Virus record (IMG/VR): IMGVR_UViG_3300047561_001115
Span: 1 to 27,974 of that record
Reading direction: 5' to 3' (one strand)
Source of the DNA: a virus
Lineage: Duplodnaviria > Caudoviricetes
Length of the DNA stretch: 27,974 nucleotides
Made by a program: the position numbers and the translations under genes. Positions 16,523-24,400 of this stretch are shown piece by piece (position 1 is the first letter of the stretch; the number at the start of each line of letters is the position of its first letter). The notes under the pieces were generated by a model that saw only the letters and a program-made list of their open reading frames with translations, was not told the origin of the DNA and searched no databases.

Positions 16523-16891
16523 ATGAACATCTCGATCACCTGGAATCCCGGGGACACCTGGAGAAAACTCGGCTACTTCTACTATACGAACTCGCTCGAC
16601 TTTCGCTCGGTGATCGAGCAGAACCCCCAGTGGTCTGTCACTGAGGAGCCACCGATCGGCGTCGTGCTTTCACTCGACGTCAACAGTCAGCGAGTACTCT
16701 CCTCCACAAACAATAGCGATTTCTTCGTTGACACGGAGAACGCGGGAATTCTTGAGAGAATATTTCCGTTTGATTCGCTCGCCGAGTATGATGCCCAGGC
16801 TAGCAAATATAATCTATACGGCCTAGTGAATTACAACGAGGTGAACGGTTACACTCAGGACACGCCGGAAGCACTCACAGGCAACCGATAA
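16523..16891 (+). CDS. Tail protein X/LysM-like baseplate component
   Basis: N-terminal PGDTWRKLGYFYY...IEQNP resembles the P2 gpX/LysM-like pattern GDT...YYG...ANP. Confidence 0.65.
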   Translation: MNISITWNPGDTWRKLGYFYYTNSLDFRSVIEQNPQWSVTEEPPIGVVLSLDVNSQRVLSSTNNSDFFVDTENAGILERIFPFDSLAEYDAQASKYNLYGLVNYNEVNGYTQDTPEALTGNR

Positions 16892-17033
16892 CGACCGCGC
16901 CGGAAACGGAGGATAGAGCGGGCCGTCGAAAAGCGACAGAACCTTAAGCGTGACTCTGCGGAGACCGTAGGTGGAATTCCCCCGAGGCCATCATCACGTC
17001 TTAAGAAAAGAAGGGACTTCCGACCATATTAAA
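16892..17033 (+). ncRNA. Candidate structured RNA leader upstream of the sheath gene
   Basis: Multiple stems, including CTTAAG-CGTGA (16943-16953) pairing with TCACG-T-CTTAAG (16994-17005) and a CCG-GAAA-CGG tetraloop hairpin. Confidence 0.4.
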
Positions 17034-20000
17034 ATGGCAACAATTTCTTTCGGGGGAGCCCCCGGAGTTTACATCAATGAGGTTGCTGGACAGTCAGCGA
17101 CCCCCGCAATCGCGGCATTTAGCACTGTCTATATGCTTGTTGAAGTGCAGCCTGAGATTCCTACGACTCTCTTCCCCTTCAACGAGCCTGTGCAAGTCAC
17201 CAACACTCGTGAGTATGTTCGTTTGATCGGCGGTGCTATTCCTAGCTCCAAGATCGAACTGCTGTCCTACCAGTGTGTCGACGCTTTCTTCACGCAAAGC
17301 TATGTTGGCGATCTGCGCGTGATCCGCGTAGGTACTCCCTCCAACGTGATGGAGGTTCAACTGAATCCCTCTGGTTTCAAGACCAACGGTCTGGGTGTCT
17401 CTTCGCCGCTGGAAGCTGGAGATCTCGTGTATGCTCAACTGTTGATCAACGGCGCGCGCCTCGGTCAGTTCACCGGTGCCGGCACTTGGAAAGGTGTTCC
17501 GGTTGAAATCCCTGTGGATTACGTCGAGGGCAACTTCGACAATAACAAGAAGATCGCCATCGCGATTCGTGATGCAATCGCTCGAGCTGTCACCGTCGAC
17601 CCCAATGTTGCCGCTGGCACCATCGTTCGTGATCTAGGCGTTTGCACAGACCAGTTCGCCGAGTGTGCTTACGAGTATCTTGCTGGCCGTGAGTTCAATG
17701 CTCCAATCAGCGTTGTTCCCGAGAGCGAACCTGCGAGTGACGGGGCATACTACGTGTTCACCTTGAACACCTATACCGTCGGCCCAGTTATTCCCGACAC
17801 CACAAGCACCGACGAGCTTGCCGCAGATTATCTGCAGTGCCTGCGTACTGCCTTCGTGGATCAGGAAGATCAGGGTTATCTCACTGCTCCTTGTGCCTTC
17901 GCTAAGTTTGGTCCCGAAAAGCGTCGCCTTATTGGCCAAGAGATGGCATTCCAGGCTGAACTGAACAGCCACAAGTGGATGTCAATAGCTGATGCTGGTC
18001 CTTATAATGTGACCGACATTCTGGAATACAACGAGTTTACCCAGCACTCCGCCGCTGCTCCGCTGGTAACTGGTCAGGAATTCCTCGTTGGTAACACTGT
18101 TTACGAGTGGACAGCCGACAATACCGATTATGTTCAACTGCGCTACACTCCTCTGAGTGGCACTGAGAGCAACCCCGAAACGGCAGTGAATGGTTCCCAG
18201 AACCTGAACGTCCCTTTCGATAACTTCCTGTCACTTCGCGATGACGGAATCATTTCGTTCTCGACAAGTACCACTCCTGAGTACGATCGTCCTGGCCTGC
18301 TCGACCTTCAAGGCGAGAACTGGCCTTCCACCAAGGAAGCTGGAACACCTGTCACCCTGAGTGACTGCATCGGTGCTCTCGCTACCCTGGAGGGTGAGAC
18401 AGTGTATGTGGTCCCCACTTACCTGACTCCCTCCAACAAAACTTTCACCGGCTACGTCTACTTCTCTGAGACCTATCCTCAGGCTATCACTGCCTACAAC
18501 TGGGTCATCAGCCAAGGTGGACTCGACGGTGATGGCACTCCTCAGTATCCTGGCGTTAACACTTTGCCTCCTGGTTGTATCCCCGTGGATACAAGCACCG
18601 GTTCTGGCAACCTTGGTGACGCCGTAACTGGTGTTGTGATCACAACTCCAGGAAGTGGATACAACGTTGGTTTCCTGCCTACCGTTACTTTCCCAGCGCC
18701 TGCTGCCGCAGGTGGCGAGGCTGCCACTGGCTTCCCTGTTCTTGGCAACACCGGTTTGGTGGACGAAGCTGCAGTGACCGTTGCTGGTTCCGGTTACACC
18801 AACACTCCAACTGTCAACGTTGTGAATGCTGGTGGTGATCCTGGACTCGGCGCAAGTGTGACAGCTGCCTTGGCAACTGTTGGCGGTAAAGTCGCCAAAC
18901 TCGCCCTCACAAGCGGCGGAGCCGGTTTCGAGTCCGCTCCTTCCGTTGGCATCTCCGCTCCTGCCGCTGTTGGTGGTGTGGCTGCTACTGCAACCGCAAT
19001 TCTGGCCGCAACTGGCGCCATCAAGACACTGACTCTTGCGAGCCCAGGTCAGAACTACATTCTGGCTCCTTCGGTGACCTTCACCGGTGGTATCGGCGCC
19101 GCTGCTACTACAACTCTTGCCACCACTGGTGGTCGTATTGTAGGCATCGCCTCCTTCTCTGGCGGTTCACTGTACACTGCCGTTCCTTCTGTTGCTCTGC
19201 CTCCTAGCACAGGTGCTGGCGCAACATTCACAGCAACCCTCGCCGCTACTGGCGGCGTGGCTACTATTGCTGTTGCTAGTGGTGGTTCTGACTACACACT
19301 ACCTCCTCTCGTCTCCATCGCTGGTGGCGGTGTTGGTGCTGCCGCAACTTCGGTTCTCGCAACTACAGGTCGTGCAGTCGCAGTGGCTGCCTCCGGTGAA
19401 GTCGCCTCTGGCCCAAGCCTTAGCGGAAACATCACCATTGCTGGTGCTGGAGCTGAGGTGGACATCATCATCGGCTATGTCATCGACGCCGGTTCTGTCG
19501 CTACGTTCAACGTCTCTACTGCTGGTTCTGGTTGGACACAGGCCAATGTGGACTTGGCTTTAGCTGGTGGTTACGGTACAGTAACTGACTCAACCCCAGC
19601 AAACTGGACTACACCTCCGACGCTGACCGTGACCCTCGGCTACGCAGTGGTTTCTGTCACTGTCAACACCAATGGTTCTGGTTACACCACCGCCTCTGCT
19701 AGTTTCACCGCCGCCCCCGGCGATGCCTACGGATTTGGTGCTACCGCAGGTGCTGTAGTTATTGGTAAGGCTTTGGCCTCCATCACCGTGACGACTCCTG
19801 GTTCTGGTTACACCAGCACTGACCCTAACGTTCTCACAATCACTCCTGCTGTCGGTGACACCACCGGTGGTGGTGCAAGTGCTACTGTGTGGACAGGATT
19901 CCCCATTGCCTCAGTTACTCTGAGCACAGGCGGTTCTGGCTACGACGGAAGCACATTGGTGAATGTGGTCAATGCTCCCACCGATACATTTGGTTCTGCA

Positions 20001-22190
20001 GGCGCACTGACTTACGTTATTGGCCGCGTTGTGACTGGACTCACCCTGACGAGTGGTGGTTCTGCTTATGCTGCAACTGACACCGTTTCAGTGACCTTCA
20101 CCAGCGGCAACCCTTCAGCTCCAGCATCCGCTGTTGCGACCAAGGGCTTCCCAGTGTCGGGCGTCACTATCGTCGATCGTGGAGCCGGCTATCTTGCCGC
20201 ACCATCACTGACCTTCACTCCTTCACCACTGGACTCGGGCAACACCATTGTCGCCGCTTCTGGCAGCACTGTGCTCGGTTTCGGTATTGCGAGCGTGACA
20301 ATCACCAATGCTGGCACAGGTTACACTGAGGCTGACATGCCTCTGAACCTGACCTTCACAGGTGGTTCACCTCTGGTTTCCGCCGCTGGTTACGCAACTC
20401 TGCAGACCAAGGGCACTGGCGTCCTCACATACGAAATTCCCGCTTGGGACTTATATGTGGAGATCGAAGGTCAGACTTCTGACCTGATCCTGAACGGCTC
20501 CAATAATGTTCTCGATCTGAACACTCTGCACCTACCTGGAACACTCCAGAATAGCACAGAGAATTTCCAGCTTGCTCAGTTCACTCGCACATTTGCCGAG
20601 ACTGACCTCTCCAAGCAGGATCCTTCGGTGGCCAACAGTCCCGTCGTATTCGGGTGCCTCAATCACGGTTTGGCGAATGGCTCTGTGATCTACTTCACAG
20701 CTCCCATCACCAAGGCGACCGGTGGAACACTTGTGACCGCATCGACTTCTCAGGCTTCTGTGAGGTACTATGTGAGTGTGATCAATGGCAATCAGTTCCG
20801 TCTGGCCACAACCCTGACGAACCTCAATAGCCGAATCTTCATTCAGTATCCCACGGGTGGTCTTACTGCAGGACAGACTACACTGTCTTACAGTGGCCTG
20901 CTCATCGCCCCTGAAAACACCAGCCTTTATAATAATGAAGGCGTGGTGAATGTCATCCGTGGTCGTAAGTATGGTTTCAACACATTCAACGTGTTGTCAA
21001 CTTTCTACCCCGCGAACCTCGATCCGCTGACAGGGCCCGACGCTCAAGGTCTGGTTCACACGCTCGGTTTCTACCGTGCTGAGAATCAACCCGATGAGAA
21101 GTACTACTCCGCTTATGGCGAATTCGACGCAGGCGTTCCGAATCCAGAAAATGCTGGATTCCTGGGCGACCTAGTTCTGGAGTCTCAGGACACCGTGAAC
21201 TATTTCTGCTCGCCGCTGACCGCTAACGACCGCTCTAACCAAGCTTACATCACTCCGACTTACACTGACGGTGGTGGAATCAAGCGAGTTCTATGGGGTG
21301 CTTCTCTGACCCTGCGTTACGGCTCCTATAAGGAAGCTCCTTCCAACCTATGGCGTTTCAACGCTGTGACCACCACCGAGTTGGTTGACTACGCTCTGCG
21401 TGGTACCTTCAATGAGGGTGTCCCCGCCTGTGTCCAAGTCGCAACTGGTATCGACGACGCCCAGAAGCTTCTCGATGACAGCCAACAGTACTACAACCCC
21501 CGCGGTTTCATCGCATACTACGGTCCGTACCTCAAGAACGGTTCCGGTGCTTGGATCCCTGCTAGCCCTTACGTGACCGGTGTGGCCATTCGCCGCTACC
21601 GTTCAGAAGGTTTCCAGTATCCGCCCGCTGGTGTCAAGTTCCCACTCAACGGTGTGTCCGCTGTTCAGATCCCCATCAACAGCACTCAGCAAGACATCCT
21701 CAACCCCCGCGGTTGCAATGTCTGCCGCACATTGCCCGGATACGGTCAGACCGTGTTCATCTGGGGTGGTCGTACTCGCATCAACCAGGACGACGCAGAA
21801 CAGCGCCTATTCCAGTTCGTGAACACTCGTGTGATCATGAACGTGGTTTACGGTTCTCTACGTCGTGCATTCGACAGCCAGATCTTCAACGTGATCGACG
21901 GTTTTGGCCTCGTTTACAACAAGATCATCTCCATCGGCAACAGTATCCTCAACGAGCTGTATGTCCGCGGAGCGCTGTTTGGACGCCGTCCCGGAGACGC
22001 CTTCCAGGTTATCTGCGATGAGCGAATTCAGACTTCCGCATCGCTGGAAGCTGGCATCGTTCACTCCAAGGTGTTCGTGGTTCCAGTGCCAACACTGGAG
22101 CGCATCGAAGTCGACCTCATCCGTGTTGCCATCGGCAACATGCAAAACGAACTCGACGCCCTTGGCGTGGGTCAAGACAACGCAATCTGA
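17034..22190 (+). CDS. Contractile tail sheath protein with very large inserted domains (1718 aa)
   Basis: N-terminal GAPGVYINEV; C-terminal sheath domain (YYGPYL, IPASPYVTG, QDILNPRGCN, IWGGRT, FVNTRVIMN, LYVRGALFG, AFQVICDE, PVPTLERIEV). The start is most likely ATG 17034. Confidence 0.92.
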   Translation: MATISFGGAPGVYINEVAGQSATPAIAAFSTVYMLVEVQPEIPTTLFPFNEPVQVTNTREYVRLIGGAIPSSKIELLSYQCVDAFFTQSYVGDLRVIRVGTPSNVMEVQLNPSGFKTNGLGVSSPLEAGDLVYAQLLINGARLGQFTGAGTWKGVPVEIPVDYVEGNFDNNKKIAIAIRDAIARAVTVDPNVAAGTIVRDLGVCTDQFAECAYEYLAGREFNAPISVVPESEPASDGAYYVFTLNTYTVGPVIPDTTSTDELAADYLQCLRTAFVDQEDQGYLTAPCAFAKFGPEKRRLIGQEMAFQAELNSHKWMSIADAGPYNVTDILEYNEFTQHSAAAPLVTGQEFLVGNTVYEWTADNTDYVQLRYTPLSGTESNPETAVNGSQNLNVPFDNFLSLRDDGIISFSTSTTPEYDRPGLLDLQGENWPSTKEAGTPVTLSDCIGALATLEGETVYVVPTYLTPSNKTFTGYVYFSETYPQAITAYNWVISQGGLDGDGTPQYPGVNTLPPGCIPVDTSTGSGNLGDAVTGVVITTPGSGYNVGFLPTVTFPAPAAAGGEAATGFPVLGNTGLVDEAAVTVAGSGYTNTPTVNVVNAGGDPGLGASVTAALATVGGKVAKLALTSGGAGFESAPSVGISAPAAVGGVAATATAILAATGAIKTLTLASPGQNYILAPSVTFTGGIGAAATTTLATTGGRIVGIASFSGGSLYTAVPSVALPPSTGAGATFTATLAATGGVATIAVASGGSDYTLPPLVSIAGGGVGAAATSVLATTGRAVAVAASGEVASGPSLSGNITIAGAGAEVDIIIGYVIDAGSVATFNVSTAGSGWTQANVDLALAGGYGTVTDSTPANWTTPPTLTVTLGYAVVSVTVNTNGSGYTTASASFTAAPGDAYGFGATAGAVVIGKALASITVTTPGSGYTSTDPNVLTITPAVGDTTGGGASATVWTGFPIASVTLSTGGSGYDGSTLVNVVNAPTDTFGSAGALTYVIGRVVTGLTLTSGGSAYAATDTVSVTFTSGNPSAPASAVATKGFPVSGVTIVDRGAGYLAAPSLTFTPSPLDSGNTIVAASGSTVLGFGIASVTITNAGTGYTEADMPLNLTFTGGSPLVSAAGYATLQTKGTGVLTYEIPAWDLYVEIEGQTSDLILNGSNNVLDLNTLHLPGTLQNSTENFQLAQFTRTFAETDLSKQDPSVANSPVVFGCLNHGLANGSVIYFTAPITKATGGTLVTASTSQASVRYYVSVINGNQFRLATTLTNLNSRIFIQYPTGGLTAGQTTLSYSGLLIAPENTSLYNNEGVVNVIRGRKYGFNTFNVLSTFYPANLDPLTGPDAQGLVHTLGFYRAENQPDEKYYSAYGEFDAGVPNPENAGFLGDLVLESQDTVNYFCSPLTANDRSNQAYITPTYTDGGGIKRVLWGASLTLRYGSYKEAPSNLWRFNAVTTTELVDYALRGTFNEGVPACVQVATGIDDAQKLLDDSQQYYNPRGFIAYYGPYLKNGSGAWIPASPYVTGVAIRRYRSEGFQYPPAGVKFPLNGVSAVQIPINSTQQDILNPRGCNVCRTLPGYGQTVFIWGGRTRINQDDAEQRLFQFVNTRVIMNVVYGSLRRAFDSQIFNVIDGFGLVYNKIISIGNSILNELYVRGALFGRRPGDAFQVICDERIQTSASLEAGIVHSKVFVVPVPTLERIEVDLIRVAIGNMQNELDALGVGQDNAI
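18621..20414 (+). repeat. Twelve GSGY-type protein repeats of about 42 aa, arranged 6 + central module + 6, inside the sheath
   Basis: Read directly from the translation; the central module spans 19371-19640. Confidence 0.85.
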
Positions 22191-22204
22191 TGAAAAGGGA
22201 ATCC

Positions 22205-22513
22205 ATGGCGAAACGAATTCTATTCAACGTCGAGGATTCCCTTCACTCGAAGCTCAAACAACGTGCGGCAATGGAGGGCGTCTCTTTGAGCGCCCTCTGC
22301 GCCCGCATCCTTGAAGAGTCCGAAGAAAGGGAACTTGAGACTCACACTGAACAGCGGCATGAGCTGTTCGAACCCGTTCTATACATCTCTCTGCCGCTTG
22401 ACAAACTTCGTGCGGAATTGGGGAGGGTGGCCGACGCAAAGATAGATCTTAGGGAGAAAAGCTCCCGTATGATGAAACTTAATTCTGAAATGGCGAAACG
22501 GTACCGTCGATGA
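22205..22513 (+). CDS. Ribbon-helix-helix (Arc/HicB-like) DNA-binding protein
   Basis: KRILFNVEDSLHSKLKQRAAMEGVSLSALCARILEES fits the RHH pattern; alternative start at 22190. Confidence 0.8.
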   Translation: MAKRILFNVEDSLHSKLKQRAAMEGVSLSALCARILEESEERELETHTEQRHELFEPVLYISLPLDKLRAELGRVADAKIDLREKSSRMMKLNSEMAKRYRR

Positions 22514-22881
22514 GCGTAAATCCTCTTCAGCCAAGAATCCGGGGACTGACATATCCCCTCGCACTGTCTAATGGTGGCCTCGCGGTCTCCGCTGATCTTG
22601 ATCTTGTACGTCAACACGTACTCTCGGTCGTTGAAACTCGCTGGTATGAGCGGGTGATGAGGGCGAATTATGGAACAGATGACTTCATCTTCCAAGTCCT
22701 AAAGCCGTCAGTTATTAACTCACAGTTTCAACAGGCCATCGAACAGGACGTTACGGAATTGAGCGGCGTGACAGTTGTCGGTGATTGGACCGGCTCTGAC
22801 AATGGCCTGTATCGCGTTATTATCACATATTACATTAACGGAGTTCCGCAACCGCAACTCTCCTTCACTCTGAGTATCTAA
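22510..22881 (+). CDS. Baseplate wedge/sheath initiator, gp25/GPW family
   Basis: RGLTYPL, LVRQHVLSVVETRWYERVMRANYG motifs. Confidence 0.88.
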   Translation: MSVNPLQPRIRGLTYPLALSNGGLAVSADLDLVRQHVLSVVETRWYERVMRANYGTDDFIFQVLKPSVINSQFQQAIEQDVTELSGVTVVGDWTGSDNGLYRVIITYYINGVPQPQLSFTLSI

Positions 22882-24296
22882 TGGCGAAACGTTTTCAGAT
22901 CCCGCCCGTCCCACAGGGTGAAGTCGCAAAATATACGACTGACCCCTACAATTTATCGTCCATCTACATGTTCGGTAGTTCCTCACCCTTCACGGGTCAG
23001 GGGAACACAATTGTACGTCCCGACGATGACCTTATCATCCAGAAGGGCGGTAACCGCGCTCTCATCATCTATAAACGCCTGCTGTGGGACTCTTCAGTCC
23101 AAGCGTCGTTCATGAAGCTGATGCAGGAGATCACAGCTCGAGATTGGCTTATCACCCCGGCCTCTGAAAAGCCAGGCGATCTCGCAGTTAAGGACTATGT
23201 TGAGAAAGCACTTTCTTCTCTCGACATTGACGATCTCTACAAAGGACTTGGCGAGTCACTCGTCTGTGGGTTTAGTGTGGGTGAGGTGATGTGGAAAAAG
23301 ACGAAGCAAGGCATTATCCCATTCGACGTCCGCATTCGTGACCAGCGCCGATTCGTCTTCCAGGAGAGTGAGGAGGCAGACACAGGTTTCACAATGCGCG
23401 TGCTCACCTTCAATCGCATGTTCGAAGGTATTGAACTGCCCGCACGGAAATTCATCATTCAGCGATACTGGCTCAGTCACACCGGAGACCCATACGGAAC
23501 AGGATTAGGCCGTATTCTCTACCCTATTGTTAAGTTTAGACGTCGCGCTATTGAATCCTACGTGTTATACGGGGACCGTTATGCGACGCCAACTGCTATT
23601 GCTAAGGCACCTCTGTCGGCCTCAAATGTTGAGATTGACACCTTGTACGATCACCTGTCGAACCTATCTCAAGAGACAGCGATGATTCTGCCTGAGGGAT
23701 ACGAGTTGGAGTTCTTAAACCCATCCGGTTCCGCAGACATATTCATGAACCTTATCGAGTACATCGACAAGGAAATTTCCCTTTTGATCTGCGGTGAGGA
23801 TGAAGCTGGCACAGCTGAAGCTGGAAGTCGTGCGTCATCACAGGTCGCGAACTTGGTTCGTGTGATTCGCGCCTCTGAGCTATCGCAGCTTATCTCGCAA
23901 ACATTGAGCGACACCCTCATTCGTTGGATCGTCGATCTTAACTTCGGAGTGAATGTTGAGGCGCCAACAATTAGCCGCCAGTTTCGACTGGAAGAGTCAT
24001 CCTTAACAATGGCCGACGTAAGCTTGATGATCCAATCGGGATATAAGCCGAAAAAAGAATGGATCGAGAATCACTTCAAGGTCGATCTCGCTGAGGAGGA
24101 GGATTTCCAAGCTGCTGCGCCTCAAGCGGAAGTTGAGGGAACTCCAGAATCCTACGATCCCGAGGCGGACGGCGATCTTTATGATAAGATCTTTGGCAAC
24201 GAAGAGAAGCCGTTTGGCGATGAAAAAATTACTGAAGATGAAGCGGATTCTGAGTCCTCAGACTCAGACCCTTATGACCAAATAATGGAAGAATGA
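22881..24296 (+). CDS. Portal protein, Mu gp29/DUF935-like
   Basis: GFSVGEVMW, LPARKFI, DPYGTGLGRILY, DRYATPTAIAK, ILPEGYELEFL, IDKEISLLICG, GSRASSQV motifs; acidic tail. Confidence 0.88.
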   Translation: MAKRFQIPPVPQGEVAKYTTDPYNLSSIYMFGSSSPFTGQGNTIVRPDDDLIIQKGGNRALIIYKRLLWDSSVQASFMKLMQEITARDWLITPASEKPGDLAVKDYVEKALSSLDIDDLYKGLGESLVCGFSVGEVMWKKTKQGIIPFDVRIRDQRRFVFQESEEADTGFTMRVLTFNRMFEGIELPARKFIIQRYWLSHTGDPYGTGLGRILYPIVKFRRRAIESYVLYGDRYATPTAIAKAPLSASNVEIDTLYDHLSNLSQETAMILPEGYELEFLNPSGSADIFMNLIEYIDKEISLLICGEDEAGTAEAGSRASSQVANLVRVIRASELSQLISQTLSDTLIRWIVDLNFGVNVEAPTISRQFRLEESSLTMADVSLMIQSGYKPKKEWIENHFKVDLAEEEDFQAAAPQAEVEGTPESYDPEADGDLYDKIFGNEEKPFGDEKITEDEADSESSDSDPYDQIMEE

Positions 24297-24310
24297 TAGA
24301 GTCTCCCTAA

Positions 24311-24318
24311 GGGTAAAA
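24311..24318 (+). promoter_or_regulatory. Candidate late promoter motif GGGTAAAA
   Basis: Intergenic, upstream of the protease/scaffold gene. Confidence 0.55.
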
Positions 24319-24400
24319 TCATCTCAGCTATTCGACGGAAACCACCAGGGGAGACAAAGTTTAGCACCCCCACCAAACCCGTCGTTGTTAAGTAAGAGTC

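Noticed and set aside
16940-16980. Pistol, hammerhead or twister ribozyme (TAAGCG...hairpin...GT)
   Set aside because: No upstream loop complementary to CCTTAA for the pistol pseudoknot, extra unpaired bases before the stem, and no CUGAUGA hammerhead core.
17034-22190. Intein or intron explaining the oversized sheath
   Set aside because: The frame is continuous, with no intein splice motifs or homing endonuclease motifs; the extra length is structural repeats.
24297-24400. Structured RNA in the protease leader (GTCTCCC/GGGAGAC, CGACGG/CCGTCG)
   Set aside because: Only two short long-range pairings, one spanning the candidate promoter; too weak without covariation.
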